Assembly (NCBI GenBank): GCA_034780895.1
Contig: JAUZTB010000077.1
Location: 24,588,203-24,652,202, forward strand
Length of the DNA stretch: 64,000 bases
DNA from: Rhynchobatus australiae
Taxonomy: Eukaryota
Direction: 5' to 3'
In this document: one piece after another, positions 36,984 through 49,978 of the stretch
Layout of the letters: the number at the start of each line of letters is the position of its first letter
Numbering within the stretch: position 1 is the stretch's first letter
Program-made: the position numbers and the translations under genes
Notes under the pieces: generated by a model
Databases searched by the model: none
The model's input: the letters and a program-made list of their open reading frames with translations, nothing else
Told to the model about the DNA's origin: nothing

Positions 36984-38271
36984 GTGAGTAATTTCTCTCA
37001 CCCCGCCGTGATTTTATGTTAACCTGGAGCCGTTTGTTCCCTTTCACCATGTCCAAAGGAAACCTGTCACAATTCGTTTAACCGGAGAATGTGCGGATTG
37101 TAATGTGCGGATTGTAATGTGCGGATTGTAAGCGACTCTCCCCCGCCTGAGCGCCCNNNNNNNNNNNNNNNNNNNNNNNNNNNNNNNNNNNNNNNNNNNN
37201 NNNNNNNNNNNNNNNNNNNNNNNNNNNNNNNNNNNNNNNNNNNNNNNNNNNNNNNNNNNNNNNNNNNNNNNNNNNNNNNNNNNNNNNNNNNNNNNNNNNN
37301 NNNNNNNNNNNNNNNNNNNNNNNNNNNNNNNNNNNNNNNNNNNNNNNNNNNNNNNNNNNNNNNNNNNNNNNNNNNNNNNNNNNNNNNNNNNNNNNNNNNN
37401 NNNNNNNNNNNNNNNNNNNNNNNNNNNNNNNNNNNNNNNNNNNNNNNNNNNNNNNNNNNNNNNNNNNNNNNNNNNNNNNNNNNNNNNNNNNNNNNNNNNN
37501 NNNNNNNNNNNNNNNNNNNNNNNNNNNNNNNNNNNNNNNNNNNNNNNNNNNNNNNNNNNNNNNNNNNNNNNNNNNNNNNNNNNNNNNNNNNNNNNNNNNN
37601 NNNNNNNNNNNNNNNNNNNNNNNNNNNNNNNNNNNNNNNNNNNNNNNNNNNNNNNNNNNNNNNNNNNNNNNNNNNNNNNNNNNNNNNNNNNNNNNNNNNN
37701 NNNNNNNNNNNNNNNNNNNNNNNNNNNNNNNNNNNNNNNNNNNNNNNNNCTATCCGGAAGTCACAGCTGTTCCCACGTTCCCTTTCATCCCAATAATTGG
37801 CCTGATTTACTGGTAAAATTACTGGTGAGCGCTCAGAGGTGGGACCAAGGACACCGCTGAGGTGCTGGTGGATGGAATGTACCTGATGCTAGTACTGGAT
37901 CCAAACACTGGGGGAAATGTCAGCATCCACACCTGCTGCTCTGTGGGAAAGAGAAATAAATTGCTTCTTTAATAGAGTTTTATCTGCAACAGGTTCCTAA
38001 AAACGTACTGGATTTGTAAACTCTCAGCAATTGCAACCAAAAAACATTGAAGTTTCATTAATGATTTGAACATTGAAGTTTCTGGTTTATAGACAAAATG
38101 CTGAGTTTTTTCCTCCCAAGTTGATTACAATTCATTATCCCCTAACACTGACCAGTGGAGAGCAGAGTGAAGCTGGAATGATGACTCCAAGACCAAATGA
38201 TGGAAGGACCCTGCACTTTCACCCCAGAGCATCTGGTGGCAGTGCCAGGCCTTGTGATGTGACAAAGACAA

Positions 38272-39125
38272 ATAGAACATAGAACACTGCAGCATGGTAC
38301 AGGCCCACAGCGTTGTGCCAACATTTTATCCTGCCCTAAAATCTATCTAACCCTTCCCTCCCACATCATCCCCTATTTTCTATCATTGAGGTGTCTAAGA
38401 AAGAGTCTCTTAAATGTCCCTAATGTATCTGCCCCCACCACCTTTGCCGGCAGTGCGTTCCACNNNNNNNNNNNNNNNNNNNNNNNNNNNNNNNNNNNNN
38501 NNNNNNNNNNNNNNNNNNNNNNNNNNNNNNNNNNNNNNNNNNNNNNNNNNNNNNNNNNNNNNNNNNNNNNNNNNNNNNNNNNNNNNNNNNNNNNNNNNNN
38601 NNNNNNNNNNNNNNNNNNNNNNNNNNNNNNNNNNNNNNNNNNNNNNNNNNNNNNNNNNNNNNNNNNNNNNNNNNNNNNNNNNNNNNNNNNNNNNNNNNNN
38701 NNNNNNNNNNNNNNNNNNNNNNNNNNNNNNNNNNNNNNNNNNNNNNNNNNNNNNNNNNNNNNNNNNNNNNNNNNNNNNNNNNNNNNNNNNNNNNNNNNNN
38801 NNNNNNNNNNNNNNNNNNNNNNNNNNNNNNNNNNNNNNNNNNNNNNNNNNNNNNNNNNNNNNNNNNNNNNNNNNNNNNNTCCCCCGACTAATGAAGGCCA
38901 ACACTCCACACGCCTTCTTAACAACCCTATCGACCTGCATGTCAACCTTGAGGGATGTATGGACGTGGACCCTAAGATCCCTCTGTCCCTCCACACTGCT
39001 AAGAGTCCTGCCATTAACCTTGTACTCTGCCTTCGAATTCGATCTCCCGAAGTGTTTCACTTCACACTTTTCCGGGTTGAAGTCCATCTGCCACTTCTCA
39101 GCCCAGCTCTGCATCCTGTTGTAAT
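38272..39125 (-). mobile_element. CR1 LINE 3' portion (RT C-terminus plus tail)
   Basis: SWAEKWQMDFNPEKCEVKHFGRSN...QRDLRVHVHTSLK...VVKKACGVLAFISRG; WNALPAKVV; (ATAGAAC) tail near 38272. Confidence 0.9.
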
Positions 39126-39819
39126 CTGCAGCAAATGTTGCCAGTCTGTGAACAACAGAGTCACAGACAACATTAAATGATTTGTGATTGGCATTGGATA
39201 CCCCAGAATCATTCTTCTCCATCGAAGAGGTGTTGCGGCTTGATTTAATCTAACACCCCTAAAAAACTGCACTTTTAACAGTTCAACACTCTGTAAATAC
39301 GGGAACGGTGTAACTCGGGCTCAGACCCAGAACTCAGAGACAATGCAGTGGCTGCTGACACTGGTTCCTGGTCAGATTTTCTGATTCCCATTCGGCTCCT
39401 GTGTCAATGAAAGTACCTCAGCCTGACTCTTTGAATTAGTCAGCCAGGTTCCTGTTACATCAGTAAACAAATGAAATTCAGGAGCTGTAAATCTCTTGGG
39501 GAGTAATGTTTGATATCTGCCTGGATGAACTCANNNNNNNNNNNNNNNNNNNNNNNNNNNNNNNNNNNNNNNNNNNNNNNNNNNNNNNNNNNNNNNNNNN
39601 NNNNNNNNNNNNNCGCAACATTGCTCGTACAGTATTGTGTTCCTTGAAGGATTATTGTGGAATATTTTGCAAACTGGTTCTAACATAATTTAGACTGGAG
39701 AAGGTTCATTCAAAATGCAAATCCCAAGGAAAGATTTTCTCTCTTCTCCACTAATGAAAAAGTCTTAAACCTAATTCTCATAATTTTTCATGCACGTTGT
39801 TCTCCCCTTCTCTCTGTCA

Positions 39820-40350
39820 GAGTGAGGATACAGCTCTCCTTGTCCTCACCTTCCATCCCAACCTCCACGTTCAACAGATTGTCCTCCATAGTTTCACTGC
39901 TTCTGGTGAGATGCTCCACAGCAGATACATCTTCAGCATTCCATTGAGACCATTCCCTTGTTCCCTGGTCTGGTCTTTCCATTGCCCCCAACCACACCTC
40001 TTGTCATTTTTATAGCAACTGCAAGATTTGCTACACCTGTCCTTTCACCTCTTCCTTTCCCACCACCCAGGGACCCAGATGAAGCAGCGATTCACTTGTA
40101 CTTCTTCCAGTGTAGAGTACTACATTCGGTGTTCACAGTGTGGTCCCCTCTGCACTAGAGAAACTGAACACCAATTGGGTAACTGCTTTGGACAACACCT
40201 TCAATTAGTCTGCAGCAACANNNNNNNNNNNNNNNNNNNNNNNNNNNNNNNNNNNNNNNNNNNTCTCTGTCTTCAGCCTCCAACACTGCTCCAGTATTGC
40301 ATACACATAGGGAACAGCAGCTCATCTTCCAACTGTTACAACACTTGGGA
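39820..40350 (+). mobile_element. Penelope-like element, decayed GIY-YIG endonuclease region
   Basis: QRFTCTSSSVEYYIRCSQCGPLCTRETEHQLGNCFGQHL resembles the PLE motif YCIRCxxCGLLYIGETxRRLGDRFxEH. Confidence 0.75.
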
Positions 40351-40857
40351 CTAAATATTTTGTTTTTAATTTCAGGAAAAATCCTCTTTATTACAGATAT
40401 GGATTATAGCCTTTTTGCTTTATATTTGTATCATTTTGCTACAACTGCTGGTTTTTAAAATAATTGTAACTTTGACAATTTTAGTCTGCACTCTGGCACA
40501 GACATTTCTCTCCATCTCTCCTCATTTTTCCAGTTTTAATGAAGAATTCTTGACGTGAAATGTTGGCTGTTCCTCTCATCTGAAGCTGTCCAACCTGTTG
40601 AATATTTCCCGTATTTTCTGCTTTTGCTACACAAGAAATTTTGTATAAAAAATGAATTAATCATGTAATCCCATTATGATCTCCCTTGATAAGGTACATG
40701 ACAAGAAACCAACTCCAATCACACAAGAGATGCTTTCATTGTAAGTTCACAAGGTCTGTGCTCACGTTTTATGTGAAGATTTCTGCAATTATTTTGTACC
40801 AAACATCCAGGTCAATGATACTTGGAGAAGCCCCCCAGCTCAGCTACTTCCCCTGGC

Positions 40858-41039
40858 ATGATGCTTTCTGGCAGTGCAGAAACCCGAAAAAAGGCAAATG
40901 CCTACAGTGCAGTGAAGGTGGATCCCAACAATGATTATGTTACTCCAGGAGCATTTGAGCTGGAGCGACTGTTCTGGAAGGGTTCTGTGAAATTCGCTCA
41001 CGTCAATGAAGTCTGGCCGGGCATTTACATTGGAGATGA
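40858..41039 (+). CDS. DUSP29: DUSP29 (DUPD1) coding exon 1
   Basis: NAYSAVK...[35 protein letters not shown] matches human DUPD1 [18 protein letters not shown]; donor GA|GTAAGT; start may be 40858 or 40861. Confidence 0.93.
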
Positions 41040-41264
41040 GTAAGTTCCACATTACACTGTACTGGGATTCCACCAATGCATGATACCTATGGTAAATGTA
41101 TAAAACAAAACTAACAATTACTGTAGATCATTGAACATCTGACAGGGGTGCATCAATGAGCTTCTCTAGGCTTGGGTGGAATGATCCCAAGAGGTGGGGC
41201 AGGAGGCCATTCAGCCCTTCAGCAAGATCATGGCTGANNNNNNNNNNNNNNNNNNNNNACCATC

Positions 41265-41450
41265 CCTAATGACTTTAGCAGGGGCAGAGATAAGGTCCTA
41301 CATAGAAAATTTAGGAAGTTGGGTAGAAAGTTATAAAGCAGGACCTCCAGGGTCATAATCTCTGGATTACTCCTTGTGCCATGAACTCGTGACAGTGCAG
41401 TTGAATGTGTGGCTAAAGAGCTGGTGTAGGAGGGAGGGCTTCAGATGTCT
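41265..41450 (+). mobile_element. CR1 ORF1 (esterase domain) fragment
   Basis: Decayed peptide FRKLGRKL..SRTSRVIISGLL...LNVWLKSWCRREGFR. Confidence 0.6.
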
Positions 41451-41479
41451 GTGGCGACCACGATGCCAAATTTAGATAA

Positions 41480-41668
41480 GATATTTATTTATTAGTCACA
41501 TGTACCTCAAAACACAGAGTGAAATGCATCTTTTTGCGTTACTGAGAGTGTGCTGGGGACAGCCCACAAGTGTCGCCACTCTTCCGGCGCCAACACAGCA
41601 TGCCCACAGCTCCTAACCTGTATGTCTTTGGAACGTGGGAGGAAACCCACGCAGACACACAGGGGGAA
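41480..41668 (-). mobile_element. SINE 3' part
   Basis: Same body and tail as the SINE at 5775-5990 (CAAGTGTCGCCAC..TTCCGGCGCCAACACAGCA). Confidence 0.75.
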
Positions 41669-42089
41669 CTCATCCATCTGCCTACATGTGGTCTGTATCC
41701 TTCCATTCCCTAACCATTCACATGTTCTTGTCTAGATGCCTCTTAAACATCACTGCTGCGCCTGCTTTCATCACTTCCTCTACAGCACATTTCAGGCACC
41801 TACCCCTCTCCCCTTAAACCTATGATCTCTAGAATTTGACATTTGTACCTTGGGGAAAGGGACATCTTCTCTCTTCCTGCCTAAATCATTAGTACCAATA
41901 TGGACCACAACCTCTGGCTGCTCATCTCCCATTTCAGAATATCCTGTGCCCACTCAGACATACTTGACCCTTCGCACCATCCTGGAGTCTCACTTTTGGT
42001 CACTGAAATGCCCCTGACTAAAGAGTCCCCTATCACTATCACTCACCTGGACTTTGACCTACCCAGCTGTACAACAGAGCCTCTTTGAA

Positions 42090-42840
42090 TCCTCATTGCC
42101 CATCATTACACATAATCCCACATGAAACTATCAGCAAACTTGGTAATGTTACATTTGATCCCTTTGGTCAAATTTTCAACATAGATAGTGAACCACTGGG
42201 GCCCCAGCATTGATCTCTGTGGTCCTCCAGTGATCATGACCTACCAGTCCAAGGAGGACCCACTGTTTGCTTCCTAATAACTGGCTCTCAATCAGCATCT
42301 GTACATTAGCCCCAAATCTCTGCACTCTATTTTTGTTGACCAACCTCCTGTGTGGGACCTCATGAAAAACCTTCTGAAATTCTAAATACACCACAACCAC
42401 TGGTCAACTACCTGTTCCAAGAGTCACATCCTCAAAAAACTTCAATGGGTTAGTCAAACATAATTTTCCTTTCACAAATCCATGCCAACTCTACTCAATC
42501 CTAGGTGTTCTGACATTACTTCCTTCATTATAGATTTAGCACCTTCCCTTCCCACTGATGTTGGGTAACAGGTCAGTAGTTTTTTCTCTCCCTCTGCTCT
42601 TAAATGGTGGGATCACATTTGCTCCCCTCTAATCTTTAGGGCATATTCCAGAACCTACAGAATTTTGGAAGGTAATCGCCATGTTTCTGCTCCGTAGAGC
42701 CACCTCTTTCAAAACCCTGGAGTGGAGATCACATCCTTGGGATTTATCAGCTTTTAGTATTTCCCCATTCTTGCACTTCTTCACACTAACACATTTCCTT
42801 AAATTCCTCGTTCTTGCTAGACCCATGATTCTTTGGGATT
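42090..42840 (-). mobile_element. CR1 LINE RT fragment
   Basis: VVYLEFQKVFHEVPHRRLVNK and LKADKSQG..DLHSRVLKEVA motifs. Confidence 0.85.
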
Positions 42841-44159
42841 TCTGACACCAGTTTTTTTGTCTGTTTTTATGTTTCTCTCCAGCTTATCCTTATCCTATCT
42901 TTCTTTAGTAATTTCATGGTCCTTTGAGTTCTAAAATGCTCTCAATCCTCAGGCCTGAACTCCCTTGGATTTATGACTATCTCTAATTCCTCCCATCAGC
43001 TGCAGCCAGAGCACCTTTGTGACTTGAAGGACCATTTCATTGTTGTATGTTGTGCAATGCTTGTTCACTATTTTCCCAAGGCCCACCACCAGTTCCCCCC
43101 TCATACCTTCCTTGTTTTAAATTAAAGACCAGCTTTGAATTGGTTTACAACGGTTTCAAACTCAGTGTTAAGTTCTATCATATTATGACCACACTTCCCT
43201 CAAGGTTGCCTGACAACAAGATAATCTATTAACCCCTCTTTATTACACAATCTGAAAACTAAGGTAATCCTTTTCCCAGCTTGTTCCTCAATATATTCAT
43301 CTGGGAAATATCTCATCTACATTTGAGTCTGTCAGTTGTGCCTTTGACAGTACTGTATTTGTAGACTTCAATGTGTCAAGTTGTGTCTCAAATAACATAT
43401 CAGTGTGGAAATGTTCATAAGTGTGATGCAATTAGTTATTTTTAGAAAAGACTCTGATATGAAATTGTTGCTTGCTGACACACAAGAAATAATCATTTAC
43501 ATTTTGTTATAAGTTTGTAATAAGTATTCAGAGACAATATTGAACAAAACAGAACACTGAACCTACTAAAACCTGGTGATGAACAAGAAGCCCTTCCCAT
43601 TACTGATTGTTGTCATTTCTGATCTGATAGCTTCATTACATTTAATAAATTACAAGAGGCCATTCAGCCCATTGGGCCTGTGCTGGCTCTTTTAAAAGAG
43701 GTCACCCATTAGTCCCACTTCACCGCTCTTTCCCATCACTAATGGGTGGAGACCAGAACAACCAAACTTGACTCTTTCACTTCAGCTCCTTGAAATCACT
43801 AAAACAGAGAAATCTATTGGGATAGTTTTATATCTACTATTTTTTTTTGGGAGGGAACAAAATTAGCTTTAAAACAAAAAGCATATGTTCTTTATAGAAA
43901 AAGATAATTAACCCTCAATAGAAAATTAGATACAGAGCTGAAAAAGTATTGTATATTGGAATAAGAGCAGTTGAGTGGAACAAACGAGAAAGCTTGCACA
44001 TGCACACTGGGCCAAGTGGCCTCATGATAATTCTGTAAATTTTCCCTTTTCAGTTTTCTATTAGATCCTGTTCTCTGAAAACCTTTTTCTATTGTGTGCA
44101 ATAAAGAACATGAATTCTTATCCAAAACTATCTAACTTTCTCAAAGATATAATCACAAT

Positions 44160-44290
44160 GGGGCGGCACAGTAGTGTAGCAGTTAGCGTAACACTATTAC
44201 AGCGCCAGCAATCGGGGTTCGATTCCCGCCACTGTCTGTAAGGAGTTTGTACGTTCTCCCCGTGTCTGCGTGGGTTTCCTCCGGGTNNNN
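44160..44290 (+). mobile_element. tRNA-derived SINE 5' head
   Basis: GGGCGGCACAGTAGTGTAGCAGTTAG...GGGGTTCGATTCCC followed by the SINE core. Confidence 0.88.
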
Positions 44291-45719
44291 NNNNNNNNNN
44301 NNNNNNNNNNNNNNNNNNNNNNNNNNNNNNNNNNNNNNNNNNNNNNNNNNNNNNNNNNNNNNNNNNNNNNNNNNNNNNNNNNNNNNCACCACTCTCTGTG
44401 TAAAAAACTGACCCCTGACATCCCCCTTATACCGTCCTCCCATCACCTTAAAAGTCTGTCTCCTCATGTTCGGCATTGTCACACTGGGAAAAAGACTCTG
44501 ACTTTCTATGGTGCATTTATAAATATGTAAAACTCAATGAATAAATGCTCAGTGCAGGAAAATGGCACTGAAGTAAAAGATCAGTCATGACCTTACTGAA
44601 GGGTAGAATGGACACGAGGGGCAGAATGGCCTACTCTTGCTTCTCTGCAGCAGTGTTCACATCCAGCTCCCTCCCTCTCCTCCGTTGCTTGTGGAAGATT
44701 CAAGATGCAGACACTAAGACCTTCCCCGGTCGATGGATTATTTTCCTCAAACCTTTCAACAAGTCACGTCGTGCTCCCGATCTCTGGAAGGGAACAGTTA
44801 GCCAGTTCCCGAAACCAGACACAAAGAAGAAAAGTTGGCACTCAGTGGAGGTATTTTCTGAGCCGTGCCTGCAGGAATTTTGGCCTCGTGACACTGCGGA
44901 GCAGAGTCTGTCAGAGCAGCTGATGCAGAGAACTGTTGGTCGGCTGTAAGTTGGAGCAGAGTTGTCCAAACATTGAGAGGGTTAAAGCAAATCTTGAGGC
45001 AGTGTACTTGGCAACAGTGATCTGTTGGACCTTGCTCTATATTCTGTAGAAATCAGGCAAGGCACGTTGTTTTTAAAGATAATATTGGATAGAAGAGGAG
45101 CTCAAAAGTGAGGCTTTAAATGTCGAAAACATCTGGTTGATGTTTGCAGCAGGGGCACTGACTCGACACAAATCATTGGGCTTTTCTACAGAACAACTGG
45201 TGAAAGTGGTCCCAACCATTGTCTGTAGGTAGCCTCCATCATTTCATCATGTACCTACAGGGAGAGGTAGAGGGAGTTGGCCAGTCTGGGTCTTCATTCC
45301 TTGGAACGTAGGAGAATGAGGGGGTGACCTTATAGAAGTGTTTAAAATTAGTACATGTGACTAATAAAGATATCTTATCTTATCTTACATGACAATAAAC
45401 TTGACTTAACTTGAGGGGTTCACAGCACAATTAACAATCTTGTTTTTCAAAAATACGCTTTGTTCTCAATACAGTAAATACAACTGGGACATGTCACTCT
45501 GTCCATTCACTGTCAATTCAATACATTCCTTTGCAATATGGGAACACAACACCGTTTGTTCCTCACAAACACTAAACCCAGGAAGTGTTTGAGAGGCTGT
45601 TCCACAGGACCCAGCCCCTCAGTGACCTTACCCTGTGGCCTTTCCCCGCAGAGTCTTTGCAGTGGATGCACCAAGCATCACTCAGTGCCTACTCCTGTAC
45701 CCTGGCACGTGACAGTGAA

Positions 45720-46180
45720 CAGCAACCAGCCTCCCCTCCACTGACTCCCTCTGACCTCCTGCTACCTCGGGGAAACAGCCAGTATAATCAAGGATTATAT
45801 TGGATCAAGGACCCCTCCCATCCCAGACATTCTCTCTCCTTCCCCCTCCCATCCGGCAGAAGATGCAGGAGCCTGAGGGCACGTACCACCAGGCTCAAGG
45901 AACAGCTTCTACCCCACTGTGATAAGACTCTTTACGGACCTCTTGTATGATAAAGATGGACTCTTGACCTCACAATCTACCTCGTCATGGCCCTTGCACC
46001 TTATTGTCTGCCTGCACTGCACTTTCTCTGTAATTATAAATTGTTTTCTACATTCTGCTATTTTCTGTTCTGTTTTTTCCCTTGTACTACCTCAAGGTAC
46101 TTATGTTTTGAAATGATCTGTATGGATGGCTTGCAAAACTAAGTCTTTCACTGTACCTCAGTTCATGATAATAATAAAAC
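45720..46180 (+). mobile_element. Rex1-like LINE 3' end
   Basis: IKDPSHPRHSLSFPLPSGRRCRSLRARTTRLK followed by a 3' UTR ending ATAATAAA. Confidence 0.75.
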
Positions 46181-46266
46181 AGTTCCAAGAAGAAATGAGA
46201 AACATGTTTTGCTTTAAAAGTCTTAATGTTTTCTGCCCTGGCTTGAGCCTATATATTTTACCACAG

Positions 46267-46487
46267 GGTGACAGCATTGGATCGGTATGCAGTAGAAAAG
46301 ATGGGGTTCACTCACATCCTAAATGCAGCCCATGGTCGCTGGAACGTGGACACAGGAGATGAATACTACAGGGACATGCCCATTGATTATTATGGCGTGG
46401 AGGCTGCAGACCTGACAACTTTCAATTTGAGTGAATTCTTCTATCCTGCTGCCCAGTACATTGACAGAGCTCTAAGCACACCCAGCT
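46267..46487 (+). CDS. DUSP29: DUSP29 coding exon 2
   Basis: cacag| acceptor, T|GTAAGT donor; [29 protein letters not shown], close to DUPD1; 221 nt. Confidence 0.95.
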
Positions 46488-48913
46488 GTAAGTAACACTG
46501 GATTCTCTGACCACAGGTTGAAATCCCATGAATTGTGGGGAACCAAATCACTGTTACATGTCAAGAAACATCTTTCCATCAGTTTCACTCAAGAAACTTG
46601 CTTCCAAACTCCAGAAAGGAAAAAGTAACAGAAATAATTTAGTGGCACAGTAAAAATGAATATTTGCAAAGAAGTTATTTGGCAAAGATGATTAATTTGC
46701 CTTACTCACATCCAAACATTTGATTTGTGCAGCACATTGTTCTAAACAGGTCAAAGCAGCAGTGAAGGGCCTTTGGCCATCCACTGTGAAAGTGGGCTGG
46801 TTGGGACCAGACATATCTTAGATGCAAGTGGGAGGAAGCTGGACAAGGGAAGAAAGAAGAGTCAATGTTGAAAGAACAATGTTCTGCGGGACAAGAACTT
46901 CAAATCAATTTTTAAATAGGTCAAAAATTTAGCTAATTTTCTATTGCCATACAAAAACCTCTTGAAAATTGATCTTCAGCCTGTTTTTTCCCCACACTAT
47001 TTCTTCCTGCCTTGACTGTATTCTCGCTCCTCGACCAGGTTCATCAAACATGCCTCTTTTCTTACTCTGATAGAAGTTCAACCACCTGAAATGTCATCAC
47101 TGCTCCTCTCTCCATAGATGTTCCTGACCTGCTGAGTATCTCCAGCAGTTCCTGTTTTTAATTGAAAATTGACTTTATTTTAATTACTTATTGTGAAGTG
47201 ATGGGAGATGCTGTTTGAGCAGAGGTGCAGGGGAGATTTAGCCAAGGTATTAAAATAATGAATGTTTGGAGAGACTAAGTGCAGAAAGACAGCCAGCTGA
47301 TACACATCAGGAAAATGAAGTGAGGGAGCCTGGGGAGAGCTGTTCCTCCTCACATTGAGTTGTTGTGACCTGGGACGTCCTGCTGGGAAGGGCAATGGAT
47401 GTAAATTCAATTGTAACTTTTGAAGGGGAAGTGGAAAAATACTTAGAATGAAAAGATTTTTAGGGCTAAGAAACAGCAGCAAGGGAGTGGACCAATTAGG
47501 AAGCTTTTTCCAAAGAGCTGCCAAAGGAACAATGGTCCAAAATTGTATTAGCTAATCTTACATTTAGCTGCCTGTTTTACAAGCTACAAATAATCGGTTC
47601 AGCAATTTAGGTTTTTTTTAAAAACTGCCTAGTATTCAATCTAGTTTTTTGTCCGTTATCCAAGTTCAGCCAATAGTTGCCCTGGTTTGCGTCCAAACTG
47701 CAACATTCTTAAGTGGTCAAGTCCATCATGAGCCACAGCCAATATTGAACAGGCAGATTTAATCTGATGTGCTTTGCAGTAACTAATGTAACAGTACTCC
47801 TCTATGGATCACACAACTAGTTGAGCAACCTATAAATATCTGTTAATGGGTTTTGCAACAGGGCCCATTAGAAAATGATACTACCCTAGAGGCGAGTTAT
47901 GTTGGCAAATCACTGAAAAAGGTGACATTTGTACATGTTACTATGAGTCAAAAGAAGCAGAACTTGATTATTAATAGCAGCAGTAAATTACCAAGTCCAT
48001 CACTGACATTTCAACAGCCCTTTGATTCCCGTCACAATGTCAGCTGCAGCTCTGATAATGTGAGCTACTAGAAATATCTTTCTGTAATAGGATGCAGTCA
48101 GATTGAAACTTTAAGGGCAGTAATATCTTTTATATTTCCCTAGACTGTAATTCCCTCCAGTTTAATAGGTTTGATATTAATGTGCATGTTGCAATTTATT
48201 AAGATTCTGCTTAATTTAACTTGCCAGCATTTGATATTCATGTTCTAAGAAACTCACCATATTGTTATCAGTCACACTTTACTTACTATTGCTGCTGGTT
48301 TATTTAAGTCCAGATCTTTGCTTTCTTGCATTTCAGGTAATTTTCTACCCAAAATTTCACAGAAAGCTGTTTTTGCCAGGAGGTAATTTATTTTACAATC
48401 TCCTTGTTGAAATAAAAGCAAATACCACAAATGCTGGAAGTTGGAATTATAAACAGAAACTGTTGTTAATGTTCAGCAGATTGTGGAGAAATTTACTGCT
48501 TCCATTCCATTACCTTTCATCATAACTGGTTCAGTATTTCCTGCTGAATACCAACCTTCCCCCAGTTGATGGGCAGTCCTGTTCTCTGAATGATGCACCA
48601 GATGTATCAGATACTGTGGGTGCTCTGAGAATAGTGAACTCACAGCATTTTGATCAAATGGCTATTCCATTGTAATTTGAGCCTTCACCATCAAGTTGCA
48701 AGCTGATTATTCAGAGGCAGCCAGTGTGGTAATCTTGAATTTATAATTGTAGGCCTTCACATTCAATATTATTTGTGCTTTATAAGTTTTAAACCATTGA
48801 TGCCATTGCATCTCTCAGGTGCATGTGGCTCCAGTAGCTCGGATGCTGAAGACATATTTTCCTTGTTTGAAACTATTTGTCCTCTACATAAAATCTATTG
48901 TCTTGCTTTTCAG

Positions 48914-49158
48914 CCAAGGTCCTAGTCCACTGTGCTAGGGGTCGGAGTCGGTCTGCTTCTCTTGTGCTGGCTTACCTGATGATCTACAAGAACATGACAG
49001 TGGTGGATGCAGTTCAGGAAGTACTTAAGCACCGGTGTATTTTACCAAATCGTGGCTTCCTGAAACAACTGAGAGCACTTGATATAGAGCTGGTGATGGA
49101 AAGAAGCATGGCAAAGAATGGAATCAGCACAAATGGAGATGAGAAAGAAATCTGTTAG
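48914..49158 (+). CDS. DUSP29: DUSP29 coding exon 3
   Basis: tttcag| acceptor; [22 protein letters not shown]...[13 protein letters not shown]; total 648 nt = 215 aa. Confidence 0.94.
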
Positions 49159-49972
49159 CATTATTTTCATTATACAGACAGAATTCTTATGTGGAAAACT
49201 GCACTGAGCTGTAAATATATNNNNNNNNNNNNNNNNNNNNNNNNNNNNNNNNNNNNNNNNNNNNNNNNNNNNNNNNNNNNNNNNNNNNNNNNNNNNNNNN
49301 NNNNNNNNNNNNNNNNNNNNNNNNNNNNNNNNNNNNNNNNNNNNNNNNNNNNNNNNNNNNNNNNNNNNNNNNNNNNNNNNNNNNNNNNNNAACACATCCT
49401 CCGAGGTAACAAGCTAGAGTTTGAAGTTCAAACACACACCAGCATTAATCCAGACTAATTTTTAAAATTGGTACATACAACAGAATTGCAATTTATAAAG
49501 AAAAATGACAGTGCAGAAGAACTTGTAGGGACTTGTAAATGAAGTACATTGTGAGTAAACTTCACATGTCTGGTTGTTCCCCAACATATAGGTACAAAAG
49601 ACAAGCAATAGACTGATAAAATAATTTGGAGAGGATTTAGCTCTTAGACTAATATCATGTGTACAAATTGCACCAATTAATGGCCTGGTCCACCCTCAAT
49701 AAGGTGTCAACACTTTATGGACTCAGTAGTTTAAGTATTCCACCCTTCTTTATTTGGCCACAGCTCTGAGTTCTCTCAGTCCTGGAACATAGACTGGTGT
49801 GTGTGGCAATAATGGAATGTCACTGCTGCACTTCACTAAAGTTACTGCAATTGTGCAGAAAGATTTATAATTTCCCATCTCTTACACAAGTTTTGTGATG
49901 ACAGCAGTTGCTATAGAATATCAAAAGGCAATGTAATTTCATTTGCTGCAGCATCAATTGTCATCTGTGCCA

Positions 49973-49978
49973 AATAAA
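49973..49978 (+). terminator. Candidate polyA signal of DUSP29 (second at 50067)
   Basis: AATAAA followed by GT-rich sequence. Confidence 0.4.

Noticed and set aside
36538-36987. 149-aa ORF over the DUSP29 promoter
   Set aside because: Non-ATG start, GC-rich, spans the TATA element and a (GGGGA)n run; no recognisable protein
44160-44232. tRNA gene (A and B boxes)
   Set aside because: Continues into a SINE core found several times in the window; no complete cloverleaf
49144-49158. C-terminal Cys of DUSP29 (KEIC) as a prenylation signal
   Set aside because: The Cys is last, not fourth from the end; not CaaX, CC or CXC
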